Positions 39,684 to 49,815 are shown, counted from the first letter of the stretch. The stretch is 64,000 bases of DNA from a candidate division FCPU426 bacterium (GCA_963771075.1 CAVYSE010000026.1:1-64000); one strand, 5' to 3'. Notes: generated by a model not told the origin, from the letters alone. A program made the numbers and translations.

Positions 39684-41817
39684 ACATCCGGCAAACTCCC
39701 GAGGGGAAGCGTTCGGGGTCCGCTCGGGATCCGTTCCTTTGCAAGCCGCGCTACTGGGGTTGATTCTCCTCGCGGTGATCGGACGGGCGGCCGCGGAAGA
39801 CGGCTACGACCTATGGCTTCGCTACCTGAAGGTAGATGATCCCGTTGTTCTTTCCGCCTATCGGAAAAAGATCACATCGATTGTGGCCCAGGGAAAATCG
39901 GAAATCGCCCAGGCCATTCAACAAGAGCTTCGGCGGGGTTTGGAAGGCCTGTTGGGAAAAAATATTCCAATCGCGGATTCACCCCCGGGACCGGGGGCGA
40001 TCCTTGTGGGCACTCCCGAAGACTCGTTCAAGGTCGCCCGCTTGGGATGGGGAAGGGTCCTGAAGAAACTGGGCCCGGAGGGATACCGCATCCATACGGC
40101 CCAGGTCGACGGCTATCCCGTTTGGGTGATCGCGTCCCAGGGCGAAAGGGGCGTCCTTTACGGAGTTTTCCATTTACTCCGTTTACTTCAGACCCATCGG
40201 GCGTTGGATCGCCTGGAATGCGAGGATAAGCCGGCCTATCCCCTGCGTATGCTCGACCATTGGGACAACCTGGACGGTTCCATTGAGCGGGGTTACGCCG
40301 GAAAGTCCCTTTGGCGTTGGAAAGAGTTGCCGGAAAGGGTGGATGCACGCCTGACGGATTACGCCCGAGCCTGCGCCTCCATCGGTTTGAACGGGGTGGT
40401 GCTGAACAATGTCAACACCGATCCCCGGATATTGACGCGCGATTACTTGGTCAAGGCGGCGGCGGTGGCGGGAGCGTTCCGGCCCTACGGTTTGAGGCTT
40501 TACCTGTCGGCCAATTTCGGTTCGCCCAAGGCGCTGGGGGAATGGCCCACGGCGGACCCGCTTGACCCGGGAGTGGGGAAGTGGTGGAAAAAAAAGGCGG
40601 ATGAAATCTACTCGCTTATCCCGGACTTCGGCGGGTTTCTGGTGAAAGCCAACAGCGAAGGCCAACCGGGCCCACAGGATTACGGGCGCACCCAGGCCCA
40701 GGGCGCCAATATGCTGGCACGGGCCTTGGCGCCCCACGGGGGAAGCGTCTTATGGCGGGCCTTTGTTTATTCGCCCGAAGTGGATCCGGACCGGATCAAG
40801 CGCGCTTATAAGGAATTCATCCCCTTGGATGGGCAATTCTTGCCGAATGTCCTGGTCCAGGTGAAGAACGGGCCCTTGGATTTCCAGCCCCGGGAACCCT
40901 TCCATCCCTTGTTCGGCGCCATGAAGCAAACGCCCCTGATGGCGGAACTGCAGGTCACCCAGGAATACCTGGGGCAATCCACGCACCTGGTTTACCTGGC
41001 CCCGATGTGGAAAGAGTTCCTGGATTCGGATACCCACGCGCCGGGCCCGGAGACCCTGGTCCGAAACCGGGTGAGGGGCATGGCTGGGGTGGCCAATACG
41101 GGCGATGACCGGAATTGGTGCGGCCATCCTTTTGCCCCGGCCAATTGGTACGCTTTCGGAAGGCTGGCCTGGAACCCTTCCCTCAAGGCGGAGGATATCG
41201 CGGAGGAATGGATCCGCATGACCTGGGGCAACGATCCGGATTTGGTGCGAACCCTGATCCCGCTCATGATGGGCTCGCGGGAAATCTTCGCGAACTATTC
41301 CTCCCCGCTGGGGTTGAACGGAATGTATGGAGGAGACCATTACTCCCCCATGCCCTGGAGCGTCTTTCCCGGGCATGAGGACTGGTCCTCCCCCTATTTC
41401 CACCGGGCGGCTCTCGATGGCCTGGGTTATGACCGCACTCGCCAGGGAAGCGACGCAGTGGACCAGTATTACCCACCCCTGAACGATCTTTGGAACGACC
41501 TCGCTACCTGTCCGGAGGAATACCTGCTTTGGTTCCATCGCCTGTCCTGGAACTACCGCTTGAAATCGGGACTTACCCTTTGGGAGGGGTTGTGCCAGAA
41601 GTACGGCGAGGGCGCGCGAGGGGCCCGGGAAATGGAAGGGCTTTGGGGGAAGGTGAAGGGAAAGGTGGATGCTGAGCGGTTCGGGAAAGTGGAGGATAAG
41701 CTGCGCCAGCAAGCCCGGGACGCCCAAGATTGGCGGGACGCCTGTTTGGGGTATTTCCAAACCTTCAGCCACCAACCCATTCGGAAGGATGGGGAAGCAG
41801 TGAAGGGCGGGTCTTGA
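39670..41817 (+). CDS. aguA: GH67 alpha-glucuronidase
   Basis: AEDGYDLWLRY, RMLDHWDNLDGSIERGYAGKSLW, YARACASIGLNGVVLNNVN, FLVKANSEGQPGP, WRAFVY, QVKNGPLDFQPREP, ELQVTQEYLGQ. Signal-peptide-like segment precedes AEDG. Confidence 0.97.
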   Translation: MIKIEHPANSRGEAFGVRSGSVPLQAALLGLILLAVIGRAAAEDGYDLWLRYLKVDDPVVLSAYRKKITSIVAQGKSEIAQAIQQELRRGLEGLLGKNIPIADSPPGPGAILVGTPEDSFKVARLGWGRVLKKLGPEGYRIHTAQVDGYPVWVIASQGERGVLYGVFHLLRLLQTHRALDRLECEDKPAYPLRMLDHWDNLDGSIERGYAGKSLWRWKELPERVDARLTDYARACASIGLNGVVLNNVNTDPRILTRDYLVKAAAVAGAFRPYGLRLYLSANFGSPKALGEWPTADPLDPGVGKWWKKKADEIYSLIPDFGGFLVKANSEGQPGPQDYGRTQAQGANMLARALAPHGGSVLWRAFVYSPEVDPDRIKRAYKEFIPLDGQFLPNVLVQVKNGPLDFQPREPFHPLFGAMKQTPLMAELQVTQEYLGQSTHLVYLAPMWKEFLDSDTHAPGPETLVRNRVRGMAGVANTGDDRNWCGHPFAPANWYAFGRLAWNPSLKAEDIAEEWIRMTWGNDPDLVRTLIPLMMGSREIFANYSSPLGLNGMYGGDHYSPMPWSVFPGHEDWSSPYFHRAALDGLGYDRTRQGSDAVDQYYPPLNDLWNDLATCPEEYLLWFHRLSWNYRLKSGLTLWEGLCQKYGEGARGAREMEGLWGKVKGKVDAERFGKVEDKLRQQARDAQDWRDACLGYFQTFSHQPIRKDGEAVKGGS

Positions 41818-41870
41818 GGGTGCATTCAAGTTTCAAGGGTAATTTTTAATAAAGTCGAAAGGGGTTGCTC

Positions 41871-43160
41871 ATGAAAAGAGGGATATTTTTAACCGCGATT
41901 TTGATGCTGGCTTGGTTTCCCATGGGATGCGCCAAGAATACCGCCCTGCCGGTGGTCCACCTGGCCCAATTTTTGACCGATCCCGTACTTATCAGCAAGC
42001 TCACGGCCGTGGTCGCCGATATCCAAAAACGGCACCCGGATTTTAAGATCCAACTGGACAACATCCCCTATAACGAATACCAGCAGAAGATCATGACGCA
42101 AATCGCCGGGAATGACGCGCCGGACGTGATCTTCGTGGAAGTGAATAATTTCGTGGATCTCTTTCTCCGCGGTGCCTTTGAGGACCTGACGCCCTATTGC
42201 CAGAAGGACGGCGTGGACCTGAAGGGTTATTACGCCGGGGTCATTCACCGCTTCAGCCCGGACGGAAAAATTTACGCCATTCCGCAGGACACGGCGCCCT
42301 CCGGGCTTATCTTTTACAACCGGAAAATGTTCCGCGACGCGGGAATCCCCTATCCCAAGGGAGATTGGACCTGGCCCGAACCCTTCCTGTCGATCTGCCA
42401 AAAGCTCACCCAGAAGAACGCCTCGGGCAAGATTACCCGGTTTGCCTTTTGCGACGCCTATTCCACGCAGTACGAGAACTTCCTTTTCGGCAACGGCGCC
42501 AACTACGTGGACGACACCGACCATCCCACGCGCCTGGCGTTGGATGACCCGAAGGCCTTGGAGGCGATCCACTTCCGTTGGGCCCTGATCCAGCAATATC
42601 ACGTCTCGCCGGACCCTTCCCAACTTCAAACCTTTAGCATGGCGGAGGGGCAGATGAACATGTTCCTTCAGGGGCAGGTGGCCATGCTTTCTTCGGGGAT
42701 TTGGCAGACCCCGCGCTTTTTGGAGAAGAAGGACTTGGACTTTGACGTGGTGGAATTTCCCCACGGGCCCCAGGGCGGCAAGGGGTGGGGCACGGGCGGC
42801 TCCGGTTACGCCATTTCCAAGAGCTCCAAATACAAGGACCTGGCCTGGCAAGTGATCAAGGAGATCACCAGCGCGGAGTCCTTGTCCCAAATGGCCCAAA
42901 CCGGCATGATCCAGCCCGCCCTGGTCTCGTTGGCCCAATCGGACACCTTCCTGAAGGCTCCGGGCGCGGACCACAAGTCGATCCTCCTGGATATGCCCAA
43001 TTCATCCTATTACCAGCCCTTCATGTCCAATTGGTCCGAGATCTTTTATGGGGTATTGACGCCCGCATTGGACCCTGTGTGGATGGGCGGTAAAACGCCC
43101 GAAGAGGTGATTCCTGATATCACGCGGAGGGTCAACCAAAAATATTTTGTAAAGAAATAG
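41871..43160 (+). CDS. Sugar ABC transporter substrate-binding lipoprotein
   Basis: Lipobox PMGC; HPDFKIQL, IAGNDAPDVIF, LTPY, GKIYAIP, IFYNRKMFRDAGIPYP..WTW, FLQGQVAM..GIW, YAISKSSKYKDLAW. Confidence 0.93.
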   Translation: MKRGIFLTAILMLAWFPMGCAKNTALPVVHLAQFLTDPVLISKLTAVVADIQKRHPDFKIQLDNIPYNEYQQKIMTQIAGNDAPDVIFVEVNNFVDLFLRGAFEDLTPYCQKDGVDLKGYYAGVIHRFSPDGKIYAIPQDTAPSGLIFYNRKMFRDAGIPYPKGDWTWPEPFLSICQKLTQKNASGKITRFAFCDAYSTQYENFLFGNGANYVDDTDHPTRLALDDPKALEAIHFRWALIQQYHVSPDPSQLQTFSMAEGQMNMFLQGQVAMLSSGIWQTPRFLEKKDLDFDVVEFPHGPQGGKGWGTGGSGYAISKSSKYKDLAWQVIKEITSAESLSQMAQTGMIQPALVSLAQSDTFLKAPGADHKSILLDMPNSSYYQPFMSNWSEIFYGVLTPALDPVWMGGKTPEEVIPDITRRVNQKYFVKK

Positions 43161-43542
43161 TCGTTGAGTGGGTGCGGTTTGCCCTTGAGAAGTGATCGAT
43201 GCCTTGCCGGATGAACCGGACTTTCATCCCTGGAAATCGCCGTCGAGCCTGGGGTGGAAAATGGGGTCGATCGGAACGGGGGGCAAGGTTAGGTTTGTCC
43301 GGGGTTGAGTCGATTTTCAAATGGCAGAGGGGCTTTTCAGGTTTACGACCAAGAGATGGGTTAGGTAAGTAGCCGTCCAATCACGAGAAAGATTAAAAAT
43401 GGTTAAAGGTTAAAACCGAACCGTTTTCTTAACCCGTCATTTTTTTTGGCCAATTCGGTACAGATCAGGACGAGCGACGGGAAGTTCCGTTAATATATAC
43501 GGGTTGAAGGATCTTTAAAACGTTGTGAGTCAGGAGTCAAAA

Positions 43543-44565
43543 ATGAAGTCTATGATCCCGGTCGCGATGGTTTTCTTTCTTCTCGCATCCTATCACCCGG
43601 TTGAGGCCATGGGACCCACTACTGTGGGCGATTCAATTACCGCTTCGACCACTTGGACCAGGGACAATAGTCCTTATGTCGTTCAAAAAGACCTGGTCAT
43701 TCCACAGGGTGTCATCCTAACCATCGAACCGGGGGTGCAGATTCAATTCAGTGTGCCCGGCGGGGCCAAGCCGGGCTCGGGGCCGAACCTGGTGGTCAAG
43801 GGCGGGTTGAAGGCGGTCGGCAATTCCATGACCCCCATTTCCTTCGGCCCTTCCACCCCGGGTTCCCTTTGGGGAGCCCTCTATTTCTACAATAGTGATA
43901 GCCTGAACTGCGTGCTCCAAGGATGCCTGATCAAGGGTGGGCGTATCGTTTGCGGCGGTTCCTCCCCCACCATCACCCAATGCGCCATTTACGGGGCGAA
44001 GAGCGGCGTGGAAGTGGCCGCGAACTCCCAACCCCAAATTATCGGAAATCGAATCACCGCCAACGGAGTGGGGATCGTTCTGTTGTCGGACACCGCCAGC
44101 CCGGTGGTTTCCCGCAACGAGATCTACAACAATAACTTCGGGGTCTATTTCAAGGATTTTGGGACGCCTAACCTGACGGGCAACAAGATCTACGGGAACC
44201 TGAAATACAACATGGTCAATTATTCGGCCAAACCGTTGGATATCCCCAACAACGATTTCCGTTCCGCGGACGCCCAGCAGATTACCCGCACCATCTATGA
44301 CGGAGCCTATAATCCCAGCTATGGCCGCTTGAACTTCATTCCCTTTGCGGGCATGGTGGCCGGTGGGCCGACCCAGGCGATGGCCAGCGCGACTTCGCCA
44401 GCCCAGCCGACGATCCAGGAAGAGGATTTCTGGAGCTATGGCCGCCCCTTCGACGCCATGAAGGTCAGCCAGCTCGGGACAGCGAAGAAAAACACTTCCG
44501 GCGCGGTTAAGGTTTTGGCGGTGGGTGCCACGGCGGTGGTCTCGGTGGTCTTACTCCTGCTTTAG
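43543..44565 (+). CDS. Secreted right-handed parallel beta-helix protein with hydrophobic C-terminal tail
   Basis: AGGAG then ATG; TWTRDNSPYVV..LTIEPGV..LVVKGGLKAVG..PISF..WGALYF; repeats PxIxxNxIxxNxxG; ends VLAVGATAVVSVVLLLL. Confidence 0.75.
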   Translation: MKSMIPVAMVFFLLASYHPVEAMGPTTVGDSITASTTWTRDNSPYVVQKDLVIPQGVILTIEPGVQIQFSVPGGAKPGSGPNLVVKGGLKAVGNSMTPISFGPSTPGSLWGALYFYNSDSLNCVLQGCLIKGGRIVCGGSSPTITQCAIYGAKSGVEVAANSQPQIIGNRITANGVGIVLLSDTASPVVSRNEIYNNNFGVYFKDFGTPNLTGNKIYGNLKYNMVNYSAKPLDIPNNDFRSADAQQITRTIYDGAYNPSYGRLNFIPFAGMVAGGPTQAMASATSPAQPTIQEEDFWSYGRPFDAMKVSQLGTAKKNTSGAVKVLAVGATAVVSVVLLLL

Positions 44566-44663
44566 ACTTGTCAATGGGTACGTAAAAGTCACCCCGATCT
44601 TTATTTTTAACCTGATAAAATTCCATTAAGCGTTTTTTTGAAAGTATTTTCCCCAATGGTCCG

Positions 44664-44686
44664 CCCCTTTGGAGCCGAGGGGTTTT
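44664..44686 (+). terminator. Possible intrinsic terminator
   Basis: CCCCT-N9-AGGGG followed by TTTT, ~100 bp after the beta-helix gene; the stem is short. Confidence 0.3.
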
Positions 44687-44844
44687 CTTCGTTTGTCGCG
44701 GATCCGGGAATGGGCCTGGAACTTCGCCCCTGAAAAATGACGGAAAATGCGCCCTCTTACGGATTAACTGGATGGTTTTCCTCGTTAAAAACCGGTAATT
44801 TATCCCAGTTAAGGATTCCAAATTAAGATTCGAGAGTGATTCGG

Positions 44845-45774
44845 ATGAAGTTGAAAACCATTTTAAACATTGTATTCCTGGGATTAGGTTTGTTATTCAG
44901 ACCCCTTCTTTTCGCGGGAACACCGACGGAGGATTACAACACTGCCCTGACTGAATACCGGCAGGGGAATTACGAGGCGAGCCTGAGCCTGTTGCAATCC
45001 GTCATTTCGGCCGATTCGAGTTTTTGGCAAGCCTATCAGTTAATTGGGAACGCCGAACTGAAAACCCGGCACTTCCCTGAAGCCTACGACGCCTATCAAA
45101 AAAGCCTCTCGATCAATCCCGACAACCCGAGTGTTGCAGAGGCTGTCGCCAATTTAAAAAGCCTACTCCCGGCCTCCCGCCTTACTATCACCCCGACGCC
45201 ATGGATGGCGACACCCACTCCCGAACCTATCCCGAATCCAACTGCGGTGGCAACCCTTGAACCCCTGGGTGAGACACCGATGACCAAGCCGGTCAGGGAA
45301 AACATCGTCCGGCCGTTTTTTATGGAAGTGGGTCTTGGTGTCGACCTGCCGGGGCAGGGCTGGTCCCCGGCCTACTCCCTGGGCGGCGGATGGAAATTGG
45401 CATTGGGGTCCGACTTGGGGTCGGGTTTTGTGGGGCAGGTGGATTTACAAAACATCTATTTCGCCGGCACCCTTATTCCGGTCGCGGTTTCGGACGACGA
45501 GGTCAGGTTTCTCCCGACGATCCGGTATTATCTTGTTTCGGGAGACATCCGGCCCTACATCGCCCTGGGCGCGGGGATAGACTTGCAGTTCCTGGCGGCC
45601 GGAAATACCACATCCTCCAACGTATCCCCCGACATCGGTTTGGGCTTTGGCATGGAGCTTCAAGCGGATTCCCGAACGTGCCTTTTTGTCGAAGGTCAAT
45701 ATAATCTTTCGTTCGGCTCGAGCGATTCCCCCCAGGATACCCCCTTGTGGGTGGGGCTTCGTATCGGGCTCTAG
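44845..45774 (+). CDS. TPR + Pro/Thr linker + small outer-membrane beta-barrel protein
   Basis: Signal peptide; TPRs (AYQLIGNAEL..AYDAYQKSLSINPDN); barrel motifs IRYYL..RPYIALGAG..GLGFGMEL..LFVEGQY; ends WVGLRIGL. Confidence 0.75.
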   Translation: MKLKTILNIVFLGLGLLFRPLLFAGTPTEDYNTALTEYRQGNYEASLSLLQSVISADSSFWQAYQLIGNAELKTRHFPEAYDAYQKSLSINPDNPSVAEAVANLKSLLPASRLTITPTPWMATPTPEPIPNPTAVATLEPLGETPMTKPVRENIVRPFFMEVGLGVDLPGQGWSPAYSLGGGWKLALGSDLGSGFVGQVDLQNIYFAGTLIPVAVSDDEVRFLPTIRYYLVSGDIRPYIALGAGIDLQFLAAGNTTSSNVSPDIGLGFGMELQADSRTCLFVEGQYNLSFGSSDSPQDTPLWVGLRIGL

Positions 45775-45915
45775 TGCGGGACACAAGATTCCCACGCCCG
45801 CATCTTTTGCCCTAAAATAACCCATCCCCGATCGCGAGGCCTGAACCTGCAATCCACCAACGAAATTTTCAGCCACCTGCGCCGGGTCCTCGAACAGGCC
45901 TACTTTCTGAATGCC

Positions 45916-46302
45916 ATGAGCCCGAAGGAATTGGACCAATTGCTGGCATGCCTGCGGGCTATGAGGGTTTTCAAGGGTTACGAGATCATTCGCCAGGGTG
46001 ATCCGGGGGATGCCTTTTATCTCATCGCTTCGGGCCGGGTCTCGGTTTGGGCGAAAAAGGGTTCGGGCCGGGTGAAACTCGCCGAACTCAAGGCGGACGA
46101 TTATTTCGGTGAAATGGCCCTCCTGTCCAACGCGCCCCGTAACGCCACCGTTATCGCGGATGGGCTCACCGAGCTTTTCATTTTGGAAAAGTACAATTTT
46201 GACAAGACTCTCATGCGCAATCCCGCTATTGCCCAGAAACTCCGCAAGGCTTACGAGGAAAGACACGAGAAGAATACGAACTTTACCCGCTCGGAAGGAT
46301 AA
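45916..46302 (+). CDS. Stand-alone cyclic nucleotide-binding domain protein (true start may be upstream, e.g. CTG 45847)
   Basis: IIRQGDPGDAFYLIASGRV..DYFGEMALL..PRNATVIA. Confidence 0.9.
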   Translation: MSPKELDQLLACLRAMRVFKGYEIIRQGDPGDAFYLIASGRVSVWAKKGSGRVKLAELKADDYFGEMALLSNAPRNATVIADGLTELFILEKYNFDKTLMRNPAIAQKLRKAYEERHEKNTNFTRSEG

Positions 46303-46450
46303 CCCATCGGCTGCAGCCCCGGCTGCAGGAGCGGCTCATTCCCTTAGGAATAACAACATGGATTGTCGGAAAAGCCAGGGTCTGGACACAAACAGGAAAT
46401 CCAATGGGCGCTTACAAATTTAGCGGACTTTGCAAGGAAAAGTTATGGGA

Positions 46451-47347
46451 ATGAAAATTTTTGTGACCGGCGGAAGCGGCTTCATCGGCCATTGGGTGGT
46501 GAAGGAACTGCTTTCCGAGGGACACGAGCTGAGGCTTTTAATCCGTGACAAAGGGAAGATCCCCTCCCTGCAGGCCTTAAAAAACGTGGAGACCGTGGAG
46601 GGTACCCTTTACGACCGTTCCGTGATGGCGGATGCCCTCAAGGGAAGCGAGGCCTGCGTGCATATTGCCCTGGGATGGGGCGAAACGCCCACTTCCATGC
46701 TGGAAAGGGATACGGCTGTCACGGCCTTTTTGGCGGAGGAGGCGGAAAAGGCGGGGGTTAAGCAGTTTCTCTACACCTCCTCGACCGCGGCGGTAGGGGA
46801 ATTCCGCCCGCTCATGAACGAAGAAATCGGTTTGAGGCCCATGGATCTCTATGGCGCGACCAAGGCCTCCTCGGAGGCTTATCTTTTAGGGTTCTCGGCG
46901 AAATCCGAAATGCGTTGCAATATCATCCGGCCCGGCTATACCTTTGGCAACCCCGCCTATCCGGACGGCGTCACCCAGCCTGACAAACGGTTCCGGGAAA
47001 TCGTGGCGGCAGCGAAAAGGAACGAACCCATTACGGTCACGAAACACGACGGTACCCAGTTTATCTGGGCCGGAGACCTGGCCCGGCTTTATGCCGCGGT
47101 GCTCAAGGGGGACTATGACCGGGAAGTCTTCTTCGCACTGGCGAAAGAGTTTGTGACCTGGGAGAAGGTGGCCCTTAAGGCGGTTGAGATCACAGGCTCG
47201 AAAAGCATGGTCAACGTGGAGGACAAGGGCTGGGACGCCAAGCCCATGCTCTTTGACCTGACCAAGATCAAAAGGGAGTTTGGTTTTGAGTTTCTTGGCA
47301 CCCCCGAGATTGAACGGCATTTGGAGTATTTGGTCCGCATTTTGTAG
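46451..47347 (+). CDS. NAD-dependent epimerase/dehydratase (extended SDR)
   Basis: MKIFVTGGSGFIG, FLYTSST, YGATK. Confidence 0.92.
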   Translation: MKIFVTGGSGFIGHWVVKELLSEGHELRLLIRDKGKIPSLQALKNVETVEGTLYDRSVMADALKGSEACVHIALGWGETPTSMLERDTAVTAFLAEEAEKAGVKQFLYTSSTAAVGEFRPLMNEEIGLRPMDLYGATKASSEAYLLGFSAKSEMRCNIIRPGYTFGNPAYPDGVTQPDKRFREIVAAAKRNEPITVTKHDGTQFIWAGDLARLYAAVLKGDYDREVFFALAKEFVTWEKVALKAVEITGSKSMVNVEDKGWDAKPMLFDLTKIKREFGFEFLGTPEIERHLEYLVRIL

Positions 47348-47577
47348 GCTTATTGGAAAAGATTGCTCGGATCACTATGATTTTTTTGATAACCCCATCT
47401 TTGACGGTCAATAGGCGATCCTGAAAGAATTTGATACCGGGTGATTTCCCTCCCCGGGTTCGCCTGGAGCCCAGGGGAGCTGAATTGTTTGACCCTCCAT
47501 TTGAGAGTGGAGATGGTCAGCGGCTTTTTATTGAAGCCCGTGTGGAATCGTGCGGTTGGAGCGCAGAAGGGGCAATA

Positions 47578-47859
47578 TTACGGGTTCTTGCGAATGGGAC
47601 GACCTCGCCTGGATTTGGATTGACGGGGCTGTTTGAAAAGCGTTTCCACTTGGCAGTCCAAGGCTGCTGCGATAAAAAATAGGGTTTTCAGGGTAAAGTT
47701 CCGGCCCCTTTCCCATTCCTGGACAACGCTGATGGATCGTTCCACCATTTCAGCGAATCGGGCTTGGGTGATTCCCAGGCGGTGCCGGGTTTCCCCGATC
47801 CTTCTTCCCACCCCTCGTAAGCGCGACAGGTATTCTTTCTCGTAATGTTTTTTTAACAT
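47578..47859 (-). CDS. XRE/Cro-C1 helix-turn-helix regulator
   Basis: VGRRIGETRHRLGITQARFAE..VQEWERG.NFTLKTLFFIAAALDCQVETLF. Confidence 0.85.
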   Translation of the reverse strand: MLKKHYEKEYLSRLRGVGRRIGETRHRLGITQARFAEMVERSISVVQEWERGRNFTLKTLFFIAAALDCQVETLFKQPRQSKSRRGRPIRKNP

Positions 47860-47893
47860 GGCCGCATTTTGTTTAATTTAGCGCCCGAATAAA

Positions 47894-47911
47894 ACGGGGT
47901 CTTAACCCCGT
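47894..47911. promoter_or_regulatory. Palindrome ACGGGGT-CTTA-ACCCCGT, candidate operator of the XRE protein
   Basis: Perfect 7 bp arms, 35 bp upstream of the XRE start; related AGGGT-ATTTG-ACCCT at 48113-48127. Confidence 0.5.
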
Positions 47912-48322
47912 GTTTACTTTGGTTTTTCATGTCTCGACTGGGGATGACCCTTGAGGTCCGACGCTAAAAATTTCCGGGCCGGCACCGCGCTAAATGAAAA
48001 TCCTCTGGTCTAATCAAAAGAATAAGGTCGAAAAAAATCAATATCCCGTCCCAGGATGGTTTTTGGACGTCAAAAATGAAGGTATGCACAATAATTGACA
48101 ACACCTCAAAATAGGGTATTTGACCCTCTTTTAGAGCCGTTTAACCGCCATTAAATTAATGCCAAGTCGTTTTGGCTTGGGCCTCTCGAATGAGCGGATT
48201 AATGACCAGGCCCATTTATATCCCGAAACCGCACAAATTAAGAGCAAGGATTTGCCATTCATTTGATTATCTTCCGTAAAAAATACGACGGGTTCGTTCC
48301 ATCCCAGTTCAAAAGGTTATGA

Positions 48323-48835
48323 ATGACCACGGCCGATCATCAGGGAGAGTCTTTGGGAAATGAACACTCCGAAGGGGTCGTTCCACCTGAAGGGGTGGCA
48401 TCCAATGACCACAAACCCCTGGAAAATTCAGGTCCCCTCCCGCATCTGATCCCCCCCCTAAAGACCTCGAGGATCCTGATGGTGGAAGACGATGAGTCCA
48501 TTTTGAGGATCATGACTTTCGTCATGCGGGAGGCTGGATATGAGGTCCTACAGGCGAGGGACGGAGAAGAGGGACTGGCTATTGCGACCCAGCATCTGCG
48601 GGAAATCGACCTTTTGGTGACTGATCAGGTGATGCCCCTGGTTAGCGGGAAGGAATTGGCGGACAAACTTTTACGCAAAAGGGCTGACCTGAAGATTATT
48701 ATCACCTCCGGTTATCAGTGCGTTGAGATCATCGAACCGGGGGAGGAGAACCATAGGATCCATTTCCTCCAAAAGCCCTACGGTATTGACGCATTTCTGT
48801 CCAAGATCAGGGAAGTCATGAATGGTGAAGTTTAA
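48323..48835 (+). CDS. Stand-alone response regulator receiver domain protein
   Basis: ILMVEDD, GYEVLQARDGEE, IDLLVTDQVMP..SGKELA, IITSGY, FLQKPY. Confidence 0.88.
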   Translation: MTTADHQGESLGNEHSEGVVPPEGVASNDHKPLENSGPLPHLIPPLKTSRILMVEDDESILRIMTFVMREAGYEVLQARDGEEGLAIATQHLREIDLLVTDQVMPLVSGKELADKLLRKRADLKIIITSGYQCVEIIEPGEENHRIHFLQKPYGIDAFLSKIREVMNGEV

Positions 48836-49007
48836 AGGCCCGGTTATCCAATCGGATTAACTCTTCGTCCCGCCAAGGTATATGGGTTGGTTTGGATGGA
48901 CTGACCGATGATTCAAAATGGCGCTTGACATGAAGCCTTGAGATTGGCGGTCTGAGGTATGTATACCGGACCCTGGTCTGTATGATCCGTTTAATGATAT
49001 GGGCGGG

Positions 49008-49529
49008 TTAGATCCAGCCGGAACCTGAAAGGCCCTTGGGATCTTTCGATTTTTCTTCCTGGATTTTCTTTTCCAGCCATCCCACGTGATCACTTTCCAT
49101 TTCCCCAAGCGAGTTGAAAAGACCGGCTAGGTCTTGGTTTTGAGCCGCCATGGAAGCCCTCCGGTAGTAGTCCTTGGCACGGTTCTCGGCGATGAGGGCC
49201 AATTCAAACACTTTCTGGGCCCTGTCAAACTCGTCGAATTTCGCGTCTTTCATGAATTCCAGGTGGAATTTTTTCTCGGCCTCATCCAAGTCGACCTGGA
49301 CTTCCAGGCTCGGCGACGTGCCGTAGAGGGCCTCGTATTTTTTCAGCAAAAGAGCCTCATGTTCAATCTCCTCGCTGGCGAGTTCGATAAACTTGAAGGC
49401 AGTGTCCAATTCGTGGCGGCCTTCGAAATATTGGGAGAAAGCCTTCAGGGACAAGAAGTTGGACCGCTCGAGAGAGATGGCGAGGGTGAGTAATTCCTGG
49501 GGGGTCAGTTCATGGATTTTTCGGGTCAT
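49008..49529 (-). CDS. Rubrerythrin/ferritin-like diiron protein
   Basis: LAISLE..FIELASEEIEH..LALIAENRAKDYY..LFNSLGEMESDH (paired ExxH motifs). Confidence 0.85.
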   Translation of the reverse strand: MTRKIHELTPQELLTLAISLERSNFLSLKAFSQYFEGRHELDTAFKFIELASEEIEHEALLLKKYEALYGTSPSLEVQVDLDEAEKKFHLEFMKDAKFDEFDRAQKVFELALIAENRAKDYYRRASMAAQNQDLAGLFNSLGEMESDHVGWLEKKIQEEKSKDPKGLSGSGWI

Positions 49530-49815
49530 CGGGCAAACCTTTCAGGTTTATGGATGGGAGCGGTTGCCGCCGCGGGAAGAAATTTGAGCCAAACTAAGCC
49601 CCGCTGGCAATATTTACCTGCGTCTTTATACACGATGTTATCACGGTCAATTATTGTGCGAAATGAAATTGACATTAATTATGCACAGTGAATAAGACGA
49701 AAAGGTTTTGCGGGAGGCAAGCGCCTGGCTTGTTTAAGTCCTGTTGGGAAGGGTTTCGCGGTTTTGGAAGCAAATACGCCTAAATACGGTTTAGTTTGAT
49801 GAATTGTTTTCTGAG

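Noticed and set aside
45772..45916. TAG read-through fusing the TPR-barrel gene to the in-frame cNMP gene
   Set aside because: The upstream protein ends in a normal terminal barrel strand and is exported, whereas cNMP domains are cytoplasmic; other genes here use TAG as a stop.
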